A stretch of DNA of 64,000 nt from Candidatus Rifleibacteriota bacterium. GTDB taxonomy: Bacteria; Vulcanimicrobiota; Xenobia; Xenobiales; Xenobiaceae. Positions 59,169 to 64,000 of the stretch are shown here, in pieces. A program made the translations under genes and the position numbers. The stretch spans positions 6,866 through 70,865 of the forward strand of contig CAAGRW010000134.1 of NCBI GenBank assembly GCA_900772775.1, given 5' to 3'. The notes below the pieces were generated by a model. That model ran no database searches. It was not told the DNA's origin and saw only the letters and a list, made by a program, of their open reading frames with translations. Every line of letters begins with the position of its first letter. Position 1 is the stretch's first letter.

Positions 59169-60842
59169 ATGCTTAACAAAAACACGTTTTGTTTTACTGC
59201 TTTTGCAGCGGTCGCTAGCTTAGGTTTAGGCTTATTCGTTTCCGGTTGCGGCGACAGCGGCTCTACTAGCCCCAACCCTTTAACGCCGACAACTAAAACT
59301 TATAAGGCCGTTTTTAATTACAATGTGTTGGCTGCTTCAACCGCTAAGGCTACTGATATAAAATCCGAAATCGTTACTGTCAAATATGCTTTTTATGGCC
59401 AAATTGACGGCCAAAACTTTATAAACGGCCCCGAAACCGATCCTTCTTATATTCAAACTTTTACTCACGGCGCAGAAGCTGTAGAAAAAGAATTTACAGT
59501 CAATAATGTCGATCCGCAAGCTACTTCAGTAGTGGCAGCTTACTATGACGCTGAAGGCAACTTAGTGGCTGTTGGTCAAAACGATATTTCTTTTAACGAA
59601 GATAAGGTTGCTATCGTAGCTGAACCTGAATTAGACGAAGTCGCTGACGATAGCATAACTTTTACCGCTAGCAAATACGTTATACCTTTGCAAGATACTG
59701 TGCTAATGTCTCTTAAAGCTATAGCTGCCAATAAATAATACGATTTGAGCGCTTTTGCCGAAATTAGCGGTATAGACGAGGCGGTGCTCGAAAAGCAAGA
59801 GGGCAGCTTAGAGGGCCTTACTTACAAGGGCATAAAATATGGCACTATTGAAGGTGGTACTATTACTGCTACTATTGGCAACACTAAGACCGTTATCGCC
59901 GATCCTATTTATGTTACCGACCAAACCCCCTCTGCTATTAGGGTAAAGCCTGCTTCAGTTGAGGGCCATGATATTTTTGCCGATAGTGATTACAATGGCC
60001 AAAAGTATTATATGCAATACGTTGACGAGAAGTGTTTACTTAGCCATTACCCGTACATAAAGTACCACGCCAATTCTTCCAAGAAACAATACGATCCAAT
60101 CTACTATTACATTAACGATCAACCTTTTATCGTTTATGCCACCGCTTACACTTCCGAAGATCCTACCAAAGGGCCTACTCCCACTATTAAAGATGGACAA
60201 ATTGGTATCAATATTACCGACGATCCTAACGTTAAGCTTTTAGATGTAGAATTTTCCGATCCCGAGTATATGAAAGCGCTTGGTTTCAAAATTCAGGCTA
60301 GTATAGTCGATAAAACTAAAGTGCATGCTAGTGGCGTAAACTCTTATAACTATGGTGACGATTACCAAATAACTGCCCAATATGGACAAGGCGACCAAGC
60401 TATAAAGAGCGATCCTATAAGGTTAATCGTCGAAGCTGAAGGCGTGAATAATGAAGTTATTCAGTTTGCGGCTATAGAGGAAGGCCAAGAACCTACTTTC
60501 TTTGTTCCTTATACTATCGAGGCTAAGAAAACTAAGATCGACTTTAAGATGAAACTTATGGGCATTTCTAGTGTGCTTATTAGCTTTGATGGAGGAGAAT
60601 CGGTGCCTTTTTATACCGATCCTTTGGAAATTCCCACCGATGTAATTGCACCTGATCAGTATCCTGATGTTGTCAAGCAAACTGAGTTCTCCAACTTGAT
60701 TTATAAACAAGATGAACCTGGACTTAATGCCTACACCTTAAAAGCTGAAGGTGAGCTGGAAGCTAATAAAATAGTTAAGCTTTACGTTGAAGATGTGGAA
60801 AGCGCTCCGCAATACTCTTTCATATCTATTACCACTTATTAG
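59169..60842 (+). pseudogene. Lipoprotein paralog 2, interrupted by an in-frame TAA at 59736..59738 (the ORF track splits it into 59118..59738 and 59745..60842, same frame)
   Basis: ...LKAIAANK * YDLSAFAEISGIDEAVL... aligns residue for residue with paralog 1 ...TAVAGDKTYNVTPFVTISGIDEAIL... across the stop. The 5' UTR and signal peptide are also homologous to paralog 1. Confidence 0.6.
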
Positions 60843-60867
60843 AGTGATAGTTCGCTAAATTAACTAT

Positions 60868-60907
60868 AAGCGGTTGTACTTCTTGTAAGTACAGCCGCTT
60901 TTTTTAT
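60868..60907 (+). terminator. Rho-independent terminator
   Basis: AAGCGGTTGTACTT/AAGTACAGCCGCTT stem followed by TTTTTTTATT. Confidence 0.65.
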
Positions 60908-61117
60908 TGGAAGGCTTGGCAGGAGGGAGGGCGCCTTGTTTGAAAATGTATCGGTTATTATTTATAAATTGCCCCGGGGTGGCTTTTTTTTGCCAAGTCG
61001 GCGGCGCTTGTCTCTTGTAAGCTATTTTTCTGGCTGAAAGGCTGAGAAACGGTTCACGAATTTTTCGCGTCAAAAGCGCGGTTCAACTCTTTCTATCTCT
61101 GAGAGGAACAAATAAAT

Positions 61118-62731
61118 ATGGCTAAGTCCGCCTATAAGAATCTATACGGCTTTACTGCTTTTGCGGCTGCCGCCGGTTTGGCTTTGTGCTTAACTGCTTC
61201 CGGTTGCAGTGATGATACTTCCGATCCCAATCCTTTTGCGGCCAACCTCGGTACTGTCACCTATAACTATACTAAAGCCGTAGCTAAAGCTGCCGAGCTT
61301 CCTTCTACTGCTGTTAAAGCTACTTACACTTTTAGTGCCGGCGACGCTTTAGTCTATACTACCAGCGCTCCTATCGATACTATTACTGACGAAGAAGCCG
61401 CTGCTGGCGAATCGGTTGTCCGTACAGTTACTATCGAACAAGTACCTGCTAGTGCTGACAAAGTTTCCGTTATGTACTTTAATAGCGAGGGCACTCCCGT
61501 TGGTTTGGGCGTAGATAGCCTCGACTGGACTTCCACTACTACAGGTAAAGCCGCTGTTGTAGATCAGCCCGATGTCATAGACAGCACAACTATCGCTGCT
61601 CAAATTGTGGCCAAGCAAATTGTTCCCCAATTAGTAGCTTCCGCTCCTTGCGTAGACAAGGGCAACTACGTTTGGGTAAAGCCTGTTATGGCTTACACTA
61701 ATAGTTTAGGTCAGTCCGTCACCTTTGATCTTAGCGGTTTTGCTACCTATTCTTTGAATAAAAAATATGCCGATCAGCCCACTTATTTAGAAGAAGCCAA
61801 ATATGCCTATTATATGGGCAACAAGGCCGATTCTTTAGTAGCTGACGAAGACACTACCGAAGATGATACTACTGGCGAAGACACTGAAGCTACTGCTAAA
61901 GTAAGCGCTGCCGAAGCTACTCCCGGCTATTATAAAGCTGTTGAATATGGCCAGCAGGAAGTTAGCGTATCTCTGACCGGTTTGGAAGCTTTGGGCGAAT
62001 TGGCTCCTCTTACTGTCTATATTAGCGACGCCAAACTTGCTGGTGTAACTATCGATGGTGAAGATGATGTTTACGTTATCGCTCCCGATTACGATTTCGG
62101 TCAGGAATCTGTGACTGTCTCCGGCGTAAGCACTGCTGCTATTCCTTTTAATACTGCATCTTTCCAAGCTGTCGGCGAATATGTTGGCACCAACGGCCCT
62201 AGCTTCACTACCGATGCCAGCCAGTATGTCAACTGGAATATTGAACAGAGCGAAGGCGTTACCGCTACTCAAGACGCTTTGGGTCACTATGTAGTTACTT
62301 CCAAAGCTACTTCTTTGAAAGATATTGCTATAACCGCTCAGTCTAAAGGTACTTCCGACAAAGTCACTTTGCACTCTCTGCCCGCTAAAGCCGATATTAA
62401 AGTCAATATCGATAAAGAAATGACCTTGGATACCGTAGAAAATGGTACCGTTGAAGGTTTCTTCAAAGTTACGACTGCTGAAGGAGAAGTAGAAACTTCC
62501 AGCTTCAATGTTCCCAACTATGGTAAAGTCAAGATCAAAAATGTCGAGTCTGATAGAGCCGAGAGCAAACCTGAAGTAGCTAAAAATGAAAATGCTAACG
62601 GCATTTACATTAGTCTTGACAAAGAAGAGCCCGGAAACGAGGTTTCTTTCGACGTTATTTACAAAGATGGTAAGAAAATCAACAAGACAGTTTCCACTAC
62701 CGTAACTGTTGTTGACGTCGAAGATGTATAG
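61118..62731 (+). CDS. Surface lipoprotein, paralog 3
   Basis: GAGAGGA RBS. Lipobox LTASGC, with VTYNYTKAVA, ATYTFSAG and VMYFNSEGTPVGLG motifs homologous to paralogs 1 and 2. Confidence 0.7.
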   Translation: MAKSAYKNLYGFTAFAAAAGLALCLTASGCSDDTSDPNPFAANLGTVTYNYTKAVAKAAELPSTAVKATYTFSAGDALVYTTSAPIDTITDEEAAAGESVVRTVTIEQVPASADKVSVMYFNSEGTPVGLGVDSLDWTSTTTGKAAVVDQPDVIDSTTIAAQIVAKQIVPQLVASAPCVDKGNYVWVKPVMAYTNSLGQSVTFDLSGFATYSLNKKYADQPTYLEEAKYAYYMGNKADSLVADEDTTEDDTTGEDTEATAKVSAAEATPGYYKAVEYGQQEVSVSLTGLEALGELAPLTVYISDAKLAGVTIDGEDDVYVIAPDYDFGQESVTVSGVSTAAIPFNTASFQAVGEYVGTNGPSFTTDASQYVNWNIEQSEGVTATQDALGHYVVTSKATSLKDIAITAQSKGTSDKVTLHSLPAKADIKVNIDKEMTLDTVENGTVEGFFKVTTAEGEVETSSFNVPNYGKVKIKNVESDRAESKPEVAKNENANGIYISLDKEEPGNEVSFDVIYKDGKKINKTVSTTVTVVDVEDV

Positions 62732-62895
62732 TTTCTTGTAATTCTTACGATATAAAAGGTGGCTGTCTCAGCTCTAACAATCTGGGGCTGCCCCTTTTTT
62801 TTAGGCTAACATTATTTTGTTAAAGGCGGAAAAATATCTGCTTTAGCAAAATTTGAGGGGCTTTGATACTACATTTTCACCAGAAAGGAATATCT

Positions 62896-64000
62896 ATGCG
62901 CAAGTTTTTTCTTAACAAACGCTCTTGGAAAGTTTTAGTAGCTTTTCTTATGGTGTTGGGCTTTTGCACTGTCTTAAGCGCTTGCTCCGACGATGATGAG
63001 CTGGCTAATCCTTCTCGCGCTTCTATTTTGGTAACTCACGAAATTTCTTCCGGTAAAGTAGCGGCTTCGGCTCGTGCTTTAGGTTCCGATATTCACAGTG
63101 TGATTTACTATTGCTACAACAGCCAGGGCGTGCGTACTTTTGGACCGGCTCAGTTGGTAAAAGCTCACCAAGTGCTTTTGCAAGCTGTTCCGGTAGAATC
63201 TACCTCTATTGGTATGACCTACTACAATAGTGATGGTAAAGCTTTGGCTTACTACAGCCAGCCTGTCAGCTTAAAAGTAGGCCAAGTCTACGAAGTGACC
63301 AATCCCGAGTGGAAATACCTTGACGAAATCGACAATATGGTCGGCTTAGAAATTGCTCAAGACGAGATGCGTTTGCATACTGGCGACGAGGCTATTTTCT
63401 ACGCTTTGGCTTTATTTAAAGATGCTGAAAGTGGCAAAATCTATCCTCAGCTTTTCACCGGTATGTGTGATTGGAAGAGCAGCAATACTAAAGTTGCTTC
63501 TTTAACTAAACAAACCGATGACGGCGAGAGCACTTTAGGCAATGGTAAGTTCTATACTTTGGCTGCTGGCAGCGCCGACATTAGCGCTTCTTTCCAGAAA
63601 TATACTGATACCGTAACTTTAAATGTTACTGACGCTGATATTACTGAAGTTAAATTTGCGGAAACTGACATTACTTTGCCTTTAGGTTTGCCTTCTTACG
63701 AGTGTCCTTTGATGGCTACTTGGTCTGATGGCGAAACTACCGACGTAAGTTATCAGAGCAACTGGAGCTCTAGCAATATTGATCGCGTTTTGGCTAGCTA
63801 TGGCGCTATCTTCCCTAAAGCTTGCCACGAAGAAGAGGAACAGCCTACTACTATTACCGCTACTTGCACTTCCAATGGCAATAGTTATCAGGCTCAGTGC
63901 AAAGTAACTGTAGTTGAAGGCACTTTCAAAGGTTTAAGCGTCTCTCTCGACCCGGAAACTCTCTATGTTGGTGGATCTAGCTTCATTGATGTCTTTGCTA
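62896..64000 (+). CDS. Surface lipoprotein, paralog 4 (partial, runs off the window end)
   Basis: AAAGGAA RBS. Lipobox VLSACSDDD with YYCYNSQG and MTYYNSDGKALAYY motifs. No stop before 64000. Confidence 0.65.
   Translation, partial: MRKFFLNKRSWKVLVAFLMVLGFCTVLSACSDDDELANPSRASILVTHEISSGKVAASARALGSDIHSVIYYCYNSQGVRTFGPAQLVKAHQVLLQAVPVESTSIGMTYYNSDGKALAYYSQPVSLKVGQVYEVTNPEWKYLDEIDNMVGLEIAQDEMRLHTGDEAIFYALALFKDAESGKIYPQLFTGMCDWKSSNTKVASLTKQTDDGESTLGNGKFYTLAAGSADISASFQKYTDTVTLNVTDADITEVKFAETDITLPLGLPSYECPLMATWSDGETTDVSYQSNWSSSNIDRVLASYGAIFPKACHEEEEQPTTITATCTSNGNSYQAQCKVTVVEGTFKGLSVSLDPETLYVGGSSFIDVFA

Noticed and set aside
1-64000. Searched intergenic regions for tRNA-like T-loops (GGTTCGAATCC-type), rRNA fragments, CRISPR direct-repeat arrays, and IS terminal inverted repeats or transposase motifs
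   Set aside because: None were seen. The only periodic repeats are the intragenic 78-bp protein-coding repeat and the triple 12-nt repeat at 11281..11320.

Overview
This is a gene-dense bacterial chromosomal segment of about 50% GC with roughly 50 CDS. I could not recognise any rRNA, tRNA, CRISPR array, transposase or integrase. A signal-peptide / SLH / coiled-coil / beta-barrel porin (11572..14034), the Firmicute-style secA-prfB linkage, a partner-switching module and a PTS together suggest a diderm Firmicute (Negativicutes-like) or a related SLH-tethered outer-membrane lineage. I cannot name the organism. Recognisable housekeeping genes are secA, prfB (with its programmed +1 frameshift), hisS, ispF, gdhA-like, ugd-like, tlyA, an ssnA-like amidohydrolase next to a DHOD-like oxidoreductase, and a two-gene glucose PTS (an EIIA-HPr-EI fusion plus EIICB). 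Accessory or unusual content is as follows: (i) two adjacent low-complexity proteins, one a single-TM protein with 78-bp tandem Gly/Asn/Gln repeats; (ii) a small islet with a hicAB toxin-antitoxin pair; (iii) a putative biosynthetic locus on the minus strand (hypothetical, GT2, SAM-methyltransferase, then radical SAM, ATP-grasp-like and MFS); (iv) a STAS antagonist plus a fused HAMP-PP2C phosphatase-GHKL kinase sensor lying immediately upstream of a partial T2SS-like set (GspC-like, two minor pseudopilins, GspK-like) with no secretin, ATPase or major pilin in the window, followed by a tandem array of four paralogous lipoproteins, one interrupted by an in-frame TAA. All calls come from reading the translations and DNA motifs; no database search was run.
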